Of a stretch of DNA of 64,000 nucleotides, positions 18,679-29,334 are shown in pieces. The stretch is from an uncultured Candidatus Saccharibacteria bacterium. GTDB lineage: Bacteria; Patescibacteriota; Minisyncoccia; JACPXH01. Under the pieces are notes generated by a model. It did no database searches. It had not been told where the DNA came from and worked only from the letters and a program-made list of their open reading frames with translations. Location of the stretch: contig CAYPCM010000001.1 in NCBI GenBank assembly GCA_964409225.1, positions 32,173-96,172 of the forward strand. Direction: 5' to 3'. Every line of letters starts with the position of its first letter. The stretch's first letter is position 1. A program made the position numbers and the translations under genes.

Positions 18679-18965
18679 CGGCGCTTTTTCTCGTTCGCTC
18701 CTCGGCGCGATTCGAGCGGCTCTTCCGTAAACTTTTTCGAAGGCACCCCGAGCTCCGTGCTCTCCGCGATCGCGTCGGCGACATCCTCGAGACCGACCCC
18801 ACCAACCGCACCCGGACCCACCACATCAAGAAGCTCGGAGCCGTCCCACTGGGTGAAGGCCAGTGGCGGTTCTTTCTCGGCCGTTTCCGATTCCGCTATG
18901 ACATCTACGGTCGTGAGGTCGTGCTTCAATACTGCGGTCTCCGGCGCGAAGATACGTACCGGTAG
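18675..18965 (+). CDS. RelE/ParE family toxin
   Basis: C-terminal RFRYDIYGREVVLQYCGLRRE RelE/ParE signature. Confidence 0.7.
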   Translation: MTALFLVRSSARFERLFRKLFRRHPELRALRDRVGDILETDPTNRTRTHHIKKLGAVPLGEGQWRFFLGRFRFRYDIYGREVVLQYCGLRREDTYR

Positions 18966-19117
18966 TACCGCGCCTGAGTTCGAGCATTTGCTTCTCCCGG
19001 GCGCGCAGGCGCTACATCTGTCGGAAACATTTCCAAACTTCGGCGGTAGACGGTGGCGTTAAAGAAAACATTGGCTCAGCGGCTGATGAAGATTCGGAAA
19101 AGCATATCATCGTTGTA

Positions 19118-20197
19118 TTGCGTTTTCCATGCCTTGTCGAGCGTGGGCATCGCGCGGAAAACCTGTGGACAAGATGGGGGAATGGCGTGCGAAGTTCGGA
19201 TGCGTGTGGGCCTCGTAGCGTAATGTTGGTGCTCTTGATGTTCCGCCCTGAAGCGCATAGGCGCTTCAGGGCGGTCTCTTTTACGCTGACCTTGCGTGTT
19301 ATGATGCGGCGTACCGTGGAACCAACACCGGACATCCAAATCCTCGCGGCCACGAGCGACCATCGCGAGAGCATCCGCGAGTTGTACCTTCTCGTCGGCG
19401 GGCCGCACGATCACATTCTCCCGTTCCTCCAGCAACCATTCCCTACCGAGGATTTCGTGCCGTTCGTAGCCGTGCACGATTACGCGGTAGTCGGCGTGGG
19501 GTGCGCATTCGTGCTGGAGCCGTACGTGTGGTTGATGGGTTTGCGTGTGCACCCCGACTGGCGCAACCACAAGATTGGTCAGCAATTGGTTGAGCGCAGG
19601 GTGCAGTTTGCCGCGGCGCGGTGCCAGCCGGTAAAAGCCGTCGTGCTCGCGGCCAACGCCCCGGTGGTGCGCGTGTTCACGAATGCGGGTTTTGCCAGCC
19701 AGCCGGGGTTTACGCTCATGGAGGCAACCATTGGCGCGGTGCGTCCGAGCCATTTCTGGGATCGGTCAGTCGTTCGTGCCGCGACCGCAGCCGAGCGCGC
19801 CGAGGTTGCATCGTTTCTCAACGTCAACTATCAGCTTGCGTCTGATCACGTCAACCTCTTTGGCGAAGATTTCGTCTGGCGGCCAATCAGCTCCGCTAAT
19901 GAGCTTGGCCGGCTCGTTGCGAGCCGGCGGCTGCTCGTAAGCCGCGGCGAGGCAGGCACGGTGAGAGGTGTTGCGGTCGTAAACCCAAAGCCAGATCGCA
20001 CTGTTGAAATCGGCAGAATCTGGGGCGAGCCCGCGCCATTCCTGTGGCACATCATCGAGACGGCCGCACCACCGCGCCTGTGGTGGTATCTCTCCGGAGA
20101 AACAGAAGAAGAGCGCGCGCGCCAATTCCGGTTCCAGATTTCCCGCACCGGGACGAGCGAGCGCCGGTATCTTATTTTTACGAAGGATTCTGCCTGA
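19118..20197 (+). CDS. GNAT family N-acetyltransferase (start uncertain)
   Basis: GNAT motif A region HPDWRNHKIGQQLVERRVQFAAARC…, two acetyltransferase-like halves. Confidence 0.5.
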   Translation: MRFPCLVERGHRAENLWTRWGNGVRSSDACGPRSVMLVLLMFRPEAHRRFRAVSFTLTLRVMMRRTVEPTPDIQILAATSDHRESIRELYLLVGGPHDHILPFLQQPFPTEDFVPFVAVHDYAVVGVGCAFVLEPYVWLMGLRVHPDWRNHKIGQQLVERRVQFAAARCQPVKAVVLAANAPVVRVFTNAGFASQPGFTLMEATIGAVRPSHFWDRSVVRAATAAERAEVASFLNVNYQLASDHVNLFGEDFVWRPISSANELGRLVASRRLLVSRGEAGTVRGVAVVNPKPDRTVEIGRIWGEPAPFLWHIIETAAPPRLWWYLSGETEEERARQFRFQISRTGTSERRYLIFTKDSA

Positions 20198-20198
20198 T

Positions 20199-20318
20199 CA
20201 GACCGTCCGAAAATGCCAAAATTTAGTCTTCGAGCTTGTCGAGAAGCCTAAATTTTGGCATAAATACGTCAGTGGTTCTCGACTTCGCTCGAACCATATC
20301 GAGTTTTCGGATGGTCTG
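20199..20318. repeat. Nested-palindrome MITE-like element, family A, copy 2
   Basis: CAGACCGTCCGAAAATGCC…GAGTTTTCGGATGGTCTG; begins 1 nt after GNAT stop and supplies last ~16 codons + stop of the convergent gene. Confidence 0.75.
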
Positions 20319-21360
20319 TGATGCCCAAGAGGAATATCGGGCACCACTCGGCACCTTCATAGTCGTTCGCGCGCTTCGTCTCAACCACGGTGAAGTATTT
20401 GGAAAACAGCGTAACAAGCTCGCGTTCTCCAGGCGGGGACCACGTGCGGAAAGCGGCCGGGTCCTCAAGAATGGCTTGGCGGATGCGCGCCAGGAGCGGA
20501 TGCGTCGTCCCTGTTGCGTCTGCCCAGGCCGCGAGTTTTTGGCTGGCGAGCGTTCGATTGAGCTGGCGAAGGGTTCGGTCGGCAAAACGCCACAAAAGCC
20601 GCGAGGCGATGAAGTATACTTTCTGCCAGTCCGTCAGCGGACGGCCGCGGAACCGCGCAACGATCGCGCCAATATCGTCGCCGAGAACGGTCTCGTCGAG
20701 TACTTGGCAGCGCGTGATGAAGACGCCTCCTGGCCGCAGGAGTGTCGCGACTTTCCCTAGGAGGCGCGGCTCCGCTTCAGGCGTAAGTTGCTGGAGCGTA
20801 AGGTCTCCGAGGATAGCCCCAAAGAATTCTTGAGGGAAAGGGAGCTCAAGCCAGTTGGCCCGCACCCAAATTTCTTCGCGCGGGTCAACATGTTTCGTGA
20901 ACCGAAGCATGGCGAGCGGCATCCGGTACGAAAAGTCAGCGAGGTGCACCCGGCCTGCGCCGGCGGTGGCGGCGAGATCTCGGAGTTCAGGGGTGGAACC
21001 CAAGATGAGCACCGGGCCGACGCCCCTGGTTTTCGTGAGGAATTCACGGTATACGGAAATATCTCCCGAGCTTGGACGGAACGGGCTTGTGACGTCCTCC
21101 CAGCGGTCAGCGAGGCGCTCCCAGTAGCCGCATTGATCTTGTTCGTGGGTCCGTTTTGTCGCCGTGATCAAGCGTTGATGAATAAGGCGATGAAGTACTG
21201 CAAGCTCATCCCGCTTGAGCAGCTGGCTAAGATATAACAGGAGTTTCTGGAGAGCGCGCGGCACGGAGTTGTGGATATGAGTTGTTGTGTGCAGGGAGGT
21301 CTTGGAGTATGATGTTGCTATATTAAGTGTACTGGACTGGCTACATATGCTCCAGACCAT
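20269..21360 (-). CDS. Class I SAM-methyltransferase-fold protein (degenerate motif I; N-terminus uncertain)
   Basis: VLILGSTPEL…LADFS…LELPFPQEFFGAILGD…LLRPGGVFI resemble MTase motifs I/II/post-II/III; ORF extends to 21504 through a low-complexity stretch. Confidence 0.4.
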   Translation of the reverse strand: MVWSICSQSSTLNIATSYSKTSLHTTTHIHNSVPRALQKLLLYLSQLLKRDELAVLHRLIHQRLITATKRTHEQDQCGYWERLADRWEDVTSPFRPSSGDISVYREFLTKTRGVGPVLILGSTPELRDLAATAGAGRVHLADFSYRMPLAMLRFTKHVDPREEIWVRANWLELPFPQEFFGAILGDLTLQQLTPEAEPRLLGKVATLLRPGGVFITRCQVLDETVLGDDIGAIVARFRGRPLTDWQKVYFIASRLLWRFADRTLRQLNRTLASQKLAAWADATGTTHPLLARIRQAILEDPAAFRTWSPPGERELVTLFSKYFTVVETKRANDYEGAEWCPIFLLGITDHPKTRYGSSEVENH

Positions 21361-21612
21361 CCGTGAATTCCTGCGAATAATTGTGGTGGGGTTGACGGTT
21401 TTCGTCGTCGGCCTCGTTGCGAAGTCGTCCGTCTCTAAACCGCATTCACCCGCGGACTCGTGCGGCGAGAGCGGCCTTTTGCCGGTCGCTTCAGCCCAGA
21501 TCAACGATCCGAGTTGCTGGGCGCCACCAGCAGAACCATGCCCTGGCTGCGGCGGAAACGCCGACGGCGGGTGCGGTAACGTCGGCGGCGAAGTCGGCGG
21601 CTGTTAAAGTCA

Positions 21613-23922
21613 GTGCGCCACTGGATCAGACCGAGTTTCATCATCGCCGGAGCCGTTGCGCTGGCAGCGGTTTTGTTTGTTTCAGCGCGCTCCCGGCCGC
21701 CGGAACAACCCTCGCTTTTCGAGAAGCCAGCGCTCATCGCGATTGACGAGGCGCGCGATCGTTTTTTTGTGTTCAACGACGCATCCGGTATTGTCGTGGG
21801 TTTACGGGCCAGCACGAGAGAGGTGATTGGTCGAGCCAAGGCGGCGCCGCGGGCGCAGGCCATGGTGCTCGATCCAGAGAGCGGGGCGCTCTACCTTACC
21901 GATGGGCAGACAAATTCCGTAGTCGAAATACGCCCAGATAATTGGGAGGTTCGGCGCATTCCCGTGGGCAAAGGGCCGGTTGCGCTAGCACTCGATCCAA
22001 CGAGCAGGCGCCTCTTCGCCGCAAACTTTAGCGAGAACTCCGTTTCCCTCATTGATACCAGCACGGCGCGCATGGTGGCCGAAACAGCGGTCGGGGCCGG
22101 ACCTATTCAGGTCGCTCTCAATCCGAAAACCGGCTCGGTCTACGTCGCGAATGAAACTAGCCGATCTATCACCGTCCTCGCGCCAGAACCTCTCTTGGCG
22201 GTTCGCACGGTACCGCTTCCATTCACTCCACGCTATCTCGTGGTGGACAGCGCGCGATCAGTGCTCTACGTCGCACCCGCTGTAGGCACTACTCTCGTGA
22301 AAATGGTAGAAGGGGAGTTCGCGCCTAAAGAAATTGTCGTTGGCCGCGACCCGCGGGGGTTTGCGCTCGATGCGGCTACGGGGACGCTATACGTTACGCT
22401 TTTTGTGAGTGGCGCCGTCGCGAAAATTTCACCAGTAGGGGTGGTCATAGCGAAACTGGAGCTCCCAGCTGGTTCATTTCCCGGCAAGCCGGCGCTCGAC
22501 CGCGAGGGGAGCGTGCTCTACGTGCCGCTCACCGGTTCGGCTCGCGTGGCAGTCGTGGATGCCGAACATATGCAGATAATTCGCCTGATCGAGAGTGGCA
22601 CGAACACCGACGAGGCCACCTTCAACGAGCGTCAGGGCGAGGTCTATTTTGTGAATCCCGAAAGCGATACCCTTACCGTTTTCAACGTCGCCACGCAGCA
22701 GACGATATTTCTGCCGAAAGGCGCAGACCCACGCCGGGTCGCACGGCGCGCCGGACCGGTGTTTGACTTTCCGATTGGGCTTGCTGTAAACGAATCCGAC
22801 GAACGCGTGTACGTCGTCAATAACGTTGGCGGGTTCCTTACCGTCATCGAGGGCCGCACGCAGGCGGCTGTCCGGACGATCCAGCTTGGTCGCAACCCCC
22901 GCGCCGCGCTCTACGTTTCTGAAGTCGGCAAACTCTACGTGGCGAGCGGCGACGAAAATGTGGTGATGGTGCTTGACCGTAAGGCCCGCCGCGTTAAGAA
23001 ACGGATCGCCGTGGGCCAGAAACCGCGCACCATGCGTTACGATGCCGTTACCCGGCGGCTATTTGTGGTGAATCAAGACAGTAACTCGGTGAGCGTCGTG
23101 GACACCGTAAAAGATGAAGTAGTTCAGACAATTTCGGTTGGCAAGGCCCCTTTGTTTATAGAAGTCCAGCCGTCAAGCGGTCGGGTCGCGGTCGTGAACG
23201 CCGCCGACAACTCCGTGAGCATCATTGATGCCGCAGCGCTGCGCGAGGTTGGGCGCGTTCAGCTGGATGCGCCAATCGTAGGGCTGGTCTTTCCGGAGCG
23301 CGGCGCGGGCGCGGTTGCGCTTACGCGTTCGCCGAGTATGGTCGCGCTCATTGATGCGGACCGCGCTAAGCTTGGACAAAAGGTTGCTCTCGTCGGAGAC
23401 GCCGTGGGCATTGCCGATACGCCAACCGGGGTGGTCATTGGCCAGAATCTTTCGGCTGGGGCTGAAATAATCATGGTGGATCCGGAGAGTTTGTCGGTGA
23501 TAAGCCGGACGCGTCTTGATCAGGCGCTCGCGTCTGCCGGCGTGGCGCCGCCGGTTCTTCAGTCAAGCGGCGAGGTGTTGTGGCGCGACCTCGCCTCGCA
23601 GCGCCAACTCCTTAGGTTTAACCCGGCTGATCAGACCGTCTCGGCGATCGCCACGCTCCTGTTCCCGGTTTCGTACGCGGCCTTCAACCAGCGCACCGGG
23701 GAACTGTACGCGCTGCATGCCAGCCAGCACGCCATGACCGTTGTTGACGTAGCCCGCGGTCAGGCCGTGCGGGTCGTGACCAACCACACCCCGGTTGAGA
23801 ATCCCTGGGAGCGCAGCGTCCTGGTCGGAGCGGCCGCACTCCTACTTACCGCGATTGTCGGTCTGGTTGGCATCCGTCGGTTTTTGCCAAACAACAAAAA
23901 CAGAAAGATTGACAAGGAGTAA
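21613..23922 (+). CDS. YVTN-family beta-propeller repeat protein with N- and C-terminal membrane anchors
   Basis: More than 12 repeats of the ~40-aa motif ending …LYVTD/VYVAN/LFVVN…; N-terminal TM and C-terminal TM + basic tail. Confidence 0.6.
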   Translation: MRHWIRPSFIIAGAVALAAVLFVSARSRPPEQPSLFEKPALIAIDEARDRFFVFNDASGIVVGLRASTREVIGRAKAAPRAQAMVLDPESGALYLTDGQTNSVVEIRPDNWEVRRIPVGKGPVALALDPTSRRLFAANFSENSVSLIDTSTARMVAETAVGAGPIQVALNPKTGSVYVANETSRSITVLAPEPLLAVRTVPLPFTPRYLVVDSARSVLYVAPAVGTTLVKMVEGEFAPKEIVVGRDPRGFALDAATGTLYVTLFVSGAVAKISPVGVVIAKLELPAGSFPGKPALDREGSVLYVPLTGSARVAVVDAEHMQIIRLIESGTNTDEATFNERQGEVYFVNPESDTLTVFNVATQQTIFLPKGADPRRVARRAGPVFDFPIGLAVNESDERVYVVNNVGGFLTVIEGRTQAAVRTIQLGRNPRAALYVSEVGKLYVASGDENVVMVLDRKARRVKKRIAVGQKPRTMRYDAVTRRLFVVNQDSNSVSVVDTVKDEVVQTISVGKAPLFIEVQPSSGRVAVVNAADNSVSIIDAAALREVGRVQLDAPIVGLVFPERGAGAVALTRSPSMVALIDADRAKLGQKVALVGDAVGIADTPTGVVIGQNLSAGAEIIMVDPESLSVISRTRLDQALASAGVAPPVLQSSGEVLWRDLASQRQLLRFNPADQTVSAIATLLFPVSYAAFNQRTGELYALHASQHAMTVVDVARGQAVRVVTNHTPVENPWERSVLVGAAALLLTAIVGLVGIRRFLPNNKNRKIDKE

Positions 23923-24066
23923 CACCAAGCCATACAATTCGGTCTAGGAGTGTAGTGGGGTTGGTGTTTGACAATTGAGGTGATGGCACAGGATAAGGCC
24001 CCAATCGCCTGACAGCTGACGGGCAAGGCCCCTAGCTAAAGCTACGGAGGCCAATGGAGGAAAGCC

Positions 24067-25161
24067 ATGACTGCGTTTCTGAAGCATAGCGCAGTCGGGT
24101 TCGCCTTGATTGCGCTTATCGCGGCAGTGCCGAGGGCAACGTCGGGGTTCGAGCGGCTGTGCAAGCCCATCGAGTTCTGTGTGTGGGATGCGGCAGACAT
24201 GCCCATTCCTTACACGATTGATTTGGTCAGCCTGGCGGCGTACCCAGTCGTGCGGCCAGGCCAGATCGTGCCAGGGTTCGACCCAATCGAGGTCATCCAC
24301 CGGGCGTTCCGGGCCTGGGAAGAGGTGCCGGGAACATACGTTCGGTTCCGGTACGAGCCCAACGTCAACTTTGACCCTGACAACCCGTGGCCCCTCATCC
24401 AGGTGTATTTCACGGATGACAGTGGTGCATGGGCCTATTTGTTGAAGCATCGGCCTCGCGGCACCATGGCCATGCTGTACGCTCGGGTGAGAGTGGGGAC
24501 GAACCACGGCGCGGTTGGCCGAAGTAAGGAGGTGTTTTACAAAGATGTGAAGCACGAGATCGGCCATGTCTTGGGCTTAGGGCATCCGTCTAACCCGGAC
24601 CAGTTCCGTGATCCGAACCAGTTTCCAGGCATTGGCGGACCGGTCATGGGCCATGGCGGGGTGCCAAGCGGAGTGGAATGGTTCCCATTTCACCCGGACG
24701 ACATCGCCGGGATCCGCTTCCTGTACCCGGCCCTGCGCGGAAGCGGCCAACAGTTGCGGATTTCCGGGCCGCCGGAAGTGGAGATTTGGCCAGCATTTGG
24801 TTCGGTCTCCTACCAAGGTCAGGACTTCCAGATCGCGATTTCAGACCCGGACGGTCGGGACGACACCGCGAGCGTGCAGGTTTTGGCGAACGGTCAGGAC
24901 GTAACCGCAGGCGTGGGCTGGCTATTCGGTATGTTCGGCCGGCTTACGCCTCACGGGTACGTGCTGTCGTTGTCCCCAAACTCGCAGTTCAACGCCGGCG
25001 CGCTCCTTCGAGCCGGGATGCGCTGCGGCACCCTGCTCGAGCCGGAGTGCAAACTTTTCCCGCCGCGTTCGCTCGGTCCCACCATCACCATCACAGTCAC
25101 CGCCCGCGATACATCCGGGAACGAAACCCGGGTGGAGCGGACGTACACCATTGTCCCGTGA
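24067..25161 (+). CDS. Secreted metzincin zinc metalloprotease
   Basis: Signal peptide; HEIGHVLGLGH (HExxHxxGxxH) zinc-binding consensus. Confidence 0.7.
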   Translation: MTAFLKHSAVGFALIALIAAVPRATSGFERLCKPIEFCVWDAADMPIPYTIDLVSLAAYPVVRPGQIVPGFDPIEVIHRAFRAWEEVPGTYVRFRYEPNVNFDPDNPWPLIQVYFTDDSGAWAYLLKHRPRGTMAMLYARVRVGTNHGAVGRSKEVFYKDVKHEIGHVLGLGHPSNPDQFRDPNQFPGIGGPVMGHGGVPSGVEWFPFHPDDIAGIRFLYPALRGSGQQLRISGPPEVEIWPAFGSVSYQGQDFQIAISDPDGRDDTASVQVLANGQDVTAGVGWLFGMFGRLTPHGYVLSLSPNSQFNAGALLRAGMRCGTLLEPECKLFPPRSLGPTITITVTARDTSGNETRVERTYTIVP

Positions 25162-25185
25162 GAGTACGCTTCTCTCACGGGACAA
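25151..25185 (+). terminator. Intrinsic terminator overlapping metalloprotease stop
   Basis: 14-bp stem TTGTCCCGTGAGAG…CTCTCACGGGACAA followed by TTTCTATTTGT. Confidence 0.5.
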
Positions 25186-25261
25186 TTTCTATTTGTGGAT
25201 AATGTGATTCTGGCATTTTCGTTTCCGTGGTAGAATTACCGCAGGAAATTTTGCAATACTA

Positions 25262-28200
25262 ATGAAATGGTCTTGGAGCAAATTGCGTCTGCCGCCGCGG
25301 CCGTGGCTGGTGGGGTTTGGGTTTTGGGTGGGTGTTCTCGTTATCCTCGCGTTCATGGCGGCTGCGCCGCCTTCTTTCCCAAAGCCCCAGCCAAGCATTG
25401 CGACTATCCCGCACTGCGGCGAAACAAACGAGTGGCTTGCGTTGGTTGACAAGTACTTGGGCACGCAGCTGGCCGAAGCCCAGTCCGGCGGACCGTGCGT
25501 GAAGATAAGCGCCCAGTGTCAGGGATCCGACGACGCCTATCCCGGATTCAAGCTGGAGTGGTTCGGCGTCGCCCATTTGCCCAGCTGGAAGTATCAGTTG
25601 GTGATTCCCGGGTTTGAGTTCATGCGGCCTGATGGCGGCATTCAAGCTGCGGGCGCCGGGTTCAGGCGTTGGGACATCGATCCGAGCGTGCCGACGTTGA
25701 GCGCCGGAAGTGGGTTGATAACACAGCTTGTGCGCACGGAAACAGCTACTGGCCTCGCCGTTGATGACGATACGTACTACCGCGCCGCGGTCTATTCGCA
25801 GAACACGACCGCGGTGCAGTGTGCGGGCACGGACGAGGCCTCCAATAACCGTGCGCCTGACTGTCTTAGGTTTCGTACCCGCGATCTGCCGCCTGATCCG
25901 CGCTACGGCGTGTTGGTGACTAGCGCGACCTGCCCTTGGCAGGCCGAAGAGACCACAGAGGTCTCTATTCCGTGTGGACAAACAACTCTGTATACTTCGC
26001 CTCTCAGCTCTAACCGCGGCGGCCAGACCGAATGGGAAATCAGCGGCGTAACGCCCGTTTCAGCCTCGCCAATACTTACTTCGAACACGAGCCAGCCACC
26101 TCGTGTATACAGTGGTACTTTTGACGACGGTTCTACGGTTTCGCTGTCAATGAGAGACAATCAAGTGGTGGCCTCAAGAACCTCGCCACCCGGCGGCGTG
26201 TGCGATCCGCCGCCGCCAACGATCACATGCGAATTGCGCATTAACGGATTAGCTGATGCTTCTTGGCAGAGCAGCAGCAGTCCTGCTCCAACCTTAACTT
26301 GGAGCACCGCAGATTTTAGAGACGGCGACACCATCGAAGCGAAAGAGTACACCGCGAGCAATGTTCCCACCGGGAAAGAAGCCTCGAGCAACCAGGCGGC
26401 CGGCTCAACCGGCCTCGGCTCTTTGCCGCGAGTGCGGCCAGGCGAATCGCCGGTGACGCGAAAGTACGTCGCGACTCCCTACGATACCGGCGCGCCCAAC
26501 GGCTCAGTGCGATCCGGCTCCGAGTCGTGTGAGGCCAACCTTACCATTACGGCGGAGTCGCCTCCTGTCTGTCCAGGTGGTCTTACCTGCGTCGGTGGCT
26601 GTACGCCCTTGCCTTCGTACAACTCGGCGGAACTCACGTGGTCGCCGGTGGCCAATGCGAGGGTCTACCGCGTGCGTACGTCCCGGAGCGACGGGACGAT
26701 TCTGCGCACCGACGACGTAACCCCCCCCACTACGCGAATCACGATCACCGGCTTGGCGCCCAGTACGTCGTATCTCTTCAGTGTTCAGACAATTGATCAG
26801 CTCGACAACAGCTCGGCGCTATGCCCGGGAGCTGGGCTGACTGCAACCACGTCCCCCGGTCCCGGTGGTCCGGGCGGCCCCCCCGGAACGCCCGCGCTCA
26901 CACTAACCGCCGGTCCCACCTGCACGCAGATGACTTTGAGCTGGCCTGATGTGGCGAATGAGACATCATACGAGGTGTACCGCGGCCCCACGAGTAGTGG
27001 CCCTTGGACGCTCATTACCAGTCCGGCGCTCGCGGCCAACACGACCTCATACACCGACAGCGGCCGCACGCAACTTACCTCGTATAGCTATTACGTTAAG
27101 GCGCTCAATGCCGTCGGCCCGGCCACCTCGAACATTGCAACCGCCACCACGGACGCTTGTGGCGGTCCTGGCGGCGCGGACTTTTCAGTGAGTGTGGCGC
27201 CGGCAAGCCGTACTGTCAGCCCAGGCCAGAGCACGACCTACACCGTTACCGTCACGAGCACAAGTTTACCGAACACGCCGATCACGCTCAGCGTTACGGC
27301 TGGCTTGCCCACGGGTGCTTCGGCCACGTTCGCACCCAACCCCGTTACCACCCCGTCGACAGATGGGAGCGTGACGAGTACGATGACGGTTTCGACGATT
27401 GCTTCGACTCCCCTCGGGACCTCGTCGCTTACCATCTCTGGCACCGGCGCTTCGCTTACACGTACGGCGCCAACGACGCTCGTCGTGGATACGAGCGGTT
27501 CTAACTTCACGCTCGACGCGACGCCAGCGAGCGTTACGGTCCAGCCGGGCGAGACCGCAAACTACCGCGTGGCTATAATTCCGACGAATCTTCCGAATAC
27601 CGATATTACTCTTGCGGTAACCGCCGGCTTGCCCGCAGGCGCCACTGCTTCCTTCGGCTCAAACCCGGTGCGAACGCCGGCCTCGGGGGATGTCCAGACA
27701 GATATGTTTATTGCAACCGCACCCGGTACGTCGGCCGGCACCTATCCGCTTACCGTACGCGGTTCAACCACCGGCGCGTCGCCCATCGTGCGCACCGACA
27801 CCGTGAATCTCGTCGTGAATACAAGCGGCGGCCCCAACACCCCGCCTGACCCGCCCGGCGGACCCGGTGGCGGCCCTACACCGCCTAGCCGCACGCTCAT
27901 GTGCGAAAGCCCGGCCCGGCTCACTTTTGAGTTCGTTTACACCGACCCTGACACCCCGCCTGACAATGCCGATCGTTTCACTTTCCAAGTGGCGCGGGAT
28001 GCGGGTTTTGCGAATCTTATCGTGAGCCGCTCTTACTCTTCGCCCGTTTCTTCGGGCACTACGTTGAATCAGCTTGTCACTATGCAAACCGGTGCAGATC
28101 CCGGAGGCGTGCGCGACGTGCTATATTACGGACAGTCCTATTATTGGCGGGTGAAAGCGTGGGACAGCCGCGGCGCAGAATCACGGTGGTCATGCGGCGA

Positions 28201-28606
28201 TTCCGGCACTCCCGCGTGCGCGGTCTTTTCTACGCCGAGTCATCCGTACCCGCAGCCGGATTTCACGCATAATCCTTCGACGCTTACGCCCGGCACGCCC
28301 ATCGCCTTTAGCGCCGATGCCTCAACCGCTGCTCCGGGCCGTCAGATAGTGCGCTGGTTCTGGAAATTCCTTGACGGGGTTGCCACCGCCCCTGACGACG
28401 CTGATTCAGATCCTGACGAAGTGCTCCATGTGAGGCCGCCTTCAACTCGTTCACGTCCCAGCGCTACTTACAGCACCGCCGGTGCGAAAACAGTTACCCT
28501 CACGGTTCAAGACGACGGCGGCCCGGAGTTCACTTGCAGCCGGTTGAAGGTGCTTTTCGGCGGCTCCGGCGCAAATCTGGACTGGCGGGAGGTGAAGCCG
28601 CGGTAA
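25262..28606 (+). CDS. Giant secreted/surface protein with fibronectin-III/Ig-like repeats
   Basis: N-terminal TM/signal, repeated …VTAGLPTGASATF… modules, Pro/Gly linkers (PGGPGGPPG), FN3-like WSPV…Y.VR segments; 1114 aa. Confidence 0.6.
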   Translation: MKWSWSKLRLPPRPWLVGFGFWVGVLVILAFMAAAPPSFPKPQPSIATIPHCGETNEWLALVDKYLGTQLAEAQSGGPCVKISAQCQGSDDAYPGFKLEWFGVAHLPSWKYQLVIPGFEFMRPDGGIQAAGAGFRRWDIDPSVPTLSAGSGLITQLVRTETATGLAVDDDTYYRAAVYSQNTTAVQCAGTDEASNNRAPDCLRFRTRDLPPDPRYGVLVTSATCPWQAEETTEVSIPCGQTTLYTSPLSSNRGGQTEWEISGVTPVSASPILTSNTSQPPRVYSGTFDDGSTVSLSMRDNQVVASRTSPPGGVCDPPPPTITCELRINGLADASWQSSSSPAPTLTWSTADFRDGDTIEAKEYTASNVPTGKEASSNQAAGSTGLGSLPRVRPGESPVTRKYVATPYDTGAPNGSVRSGSESCEANLTITAESPPVCPGGLTCVGGCTPLPSYNSAELTWSPVANARVYRVRTSRSDGTILRTDDVTPPTTRITITGLAPSTSYLFSVQTIDQLDNSSALCPGAGLTATTSPGPGGPGGPPGTPALTLTAGPTCTQMTLSWPDVANETSYEVYRGPTSSGPWTLITSPALAANTTSYTDSGRTQLTSYSYYVKALNAVGPATSNIATATTDACGGPGGADFSVSVAPASRTVSPGQSTTYTVTVTSTSLPNTPITLSVTAGLPTGASATFAPNPVTTPSTDGSVTSTMTVSTIASTPLGTSSLTISGTGASLTRTAPTTLVVDTSGSNFTLDATPASVTVQPGETANYRVAIIPTNLPNTDITLAVTAGLPAGATASFGSNPVRTPASGDVQTDMFIATAPGTSAGTYPLTVRGSTTGASPIVRTDTVNLVVNTSGGPNTPPDPPGGPGGGPTPPSRTLMCESPARLTFEFVYTDPDTPPDNADRFTFQVARDAGFANLIVSRSYSSPVSSGTTLNQLVTMQTGADPGGVRDVLYYGQSYYWRVKAWDSRGAESRWSCGDSGTPACAVFSTPSHPYPQPDFTHNPSTLTPGTPIAFSADASTAAPGRQIVRWFWKFLDGVATAPDDADSDPDEVLHVRPPSTRSRPSATYSTAGAKTVTLTVQDDGGPEFTCSRLKVLFGGSGANLDWREVKPR

Positions 28607-28692
28607 TAAAAAATCCAAAGCACAAAGCACAAAATCCAAGGCACAAATTCAAATGACAACGAAGTCATCTCAAAATTCTCAAAAAAGGCGTT

Positions 28693-28775
28693 ATTCTTCG
28701 AGCGAAGTCGAGAAGAGACCTTTATATAACCTTTATATAAGCAGTTATTGTTCTCGACAAGCTCGAACAATAATG
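28693..28775. repeat. Degenerate internal fragment of family A element (no outer TIRs)
   Basis: TTCTTCGAGCGAAGTCGAGAAG … TTATTGTTCTCGACAAGCTCGAACAATAA matches the inner inverted repeats of family A. Confidence 0.4.
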
Positions 28776-28848
28776 CGTGAGCTAGTTTCGAGATGACTTA
28801 AACATGTTTCGAGATTTGAGGTTTGGTTATTATTTTGGATTTTGAGCT

Positions 28849-29334
28849 TTGGATTTTGGATTTCGTTTTATGGATCAGAACAAAAAACATCTCTTCATTC
28901 TCCTTGGCCTCGGCGTCGCGGTCGTAATTTTTATCGTGATCGCATTCTACCAAAAGCCCACGCCCGGGCCGCAGCCCGGGCCGACCCCGCCGCCAGACAA
29001 CGGCGCTCCGGCAAACGATCTGCCGAAGGACTTGCGCGTGGTGTCGGGCAAGATTACGAACATTGCCGGCAGCAGCATGACGATCGAATGGACCGTGCCG
29101 CAGAAGCTTGATTTTAGCGAAATAAAGGTTTTCCCGAAGCATATTACGTGGACGAACAGCACGACCTTCAGCCGGGTACGGGCCGACGCGCCCGGCGCGA
29201 AACCCGAGGTGATCAAATCCTCGGATCTCAAAATCGGCCAGACCGTGGTGGTCAGCACTCTTGAAACGGTCCAGGATCATTTTGAGCTAACCGCGCTTAG
29301 TATTCAGGTGCAGGTGCCGCCAACACCAAAATGA
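28849..29334 (+). CDS. Small membrane-anchored secreted protein (hypothetical)
   Basis: N-terminal TM, Pro-rich linker; overlaps next gene by 4 nt. Confidence 0.4.
   Translation: MDFGFRFMDQNKKHLFILLGLGVAVVIFIVIAFYQKPTPGPQPGPTPPPDNGAPANDLPKDLRVVSGKITNIAGSSMTIEWTVPQKLDFSEIKVFPKHITWTNSTTFSRVRADAPGAKPEVIKSSDLKIGQTVVVSTLETVQDHFELTALSIQVQVPPTPK

Noticed and set aside
21287-21607. 106-aa Cys/Gly-rich plus-strand ORF upstream of the beta-propeller gene
   Set aside because: It overlaps the likely 5' region of the convergent MTase-fold gene. Only an N-terminal hydrophobic stretch and a C-terminal GC-driven Gly/Cys run support it, so it is not callable.
25259-25981. 240-aa minus-strand ORF antisense to the start of the giant surface-protein gene
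   Set aside because: It lies entirely within a better-supported plus-strand gene and has GC-rich antisense composition (Arg/Pro-rich).
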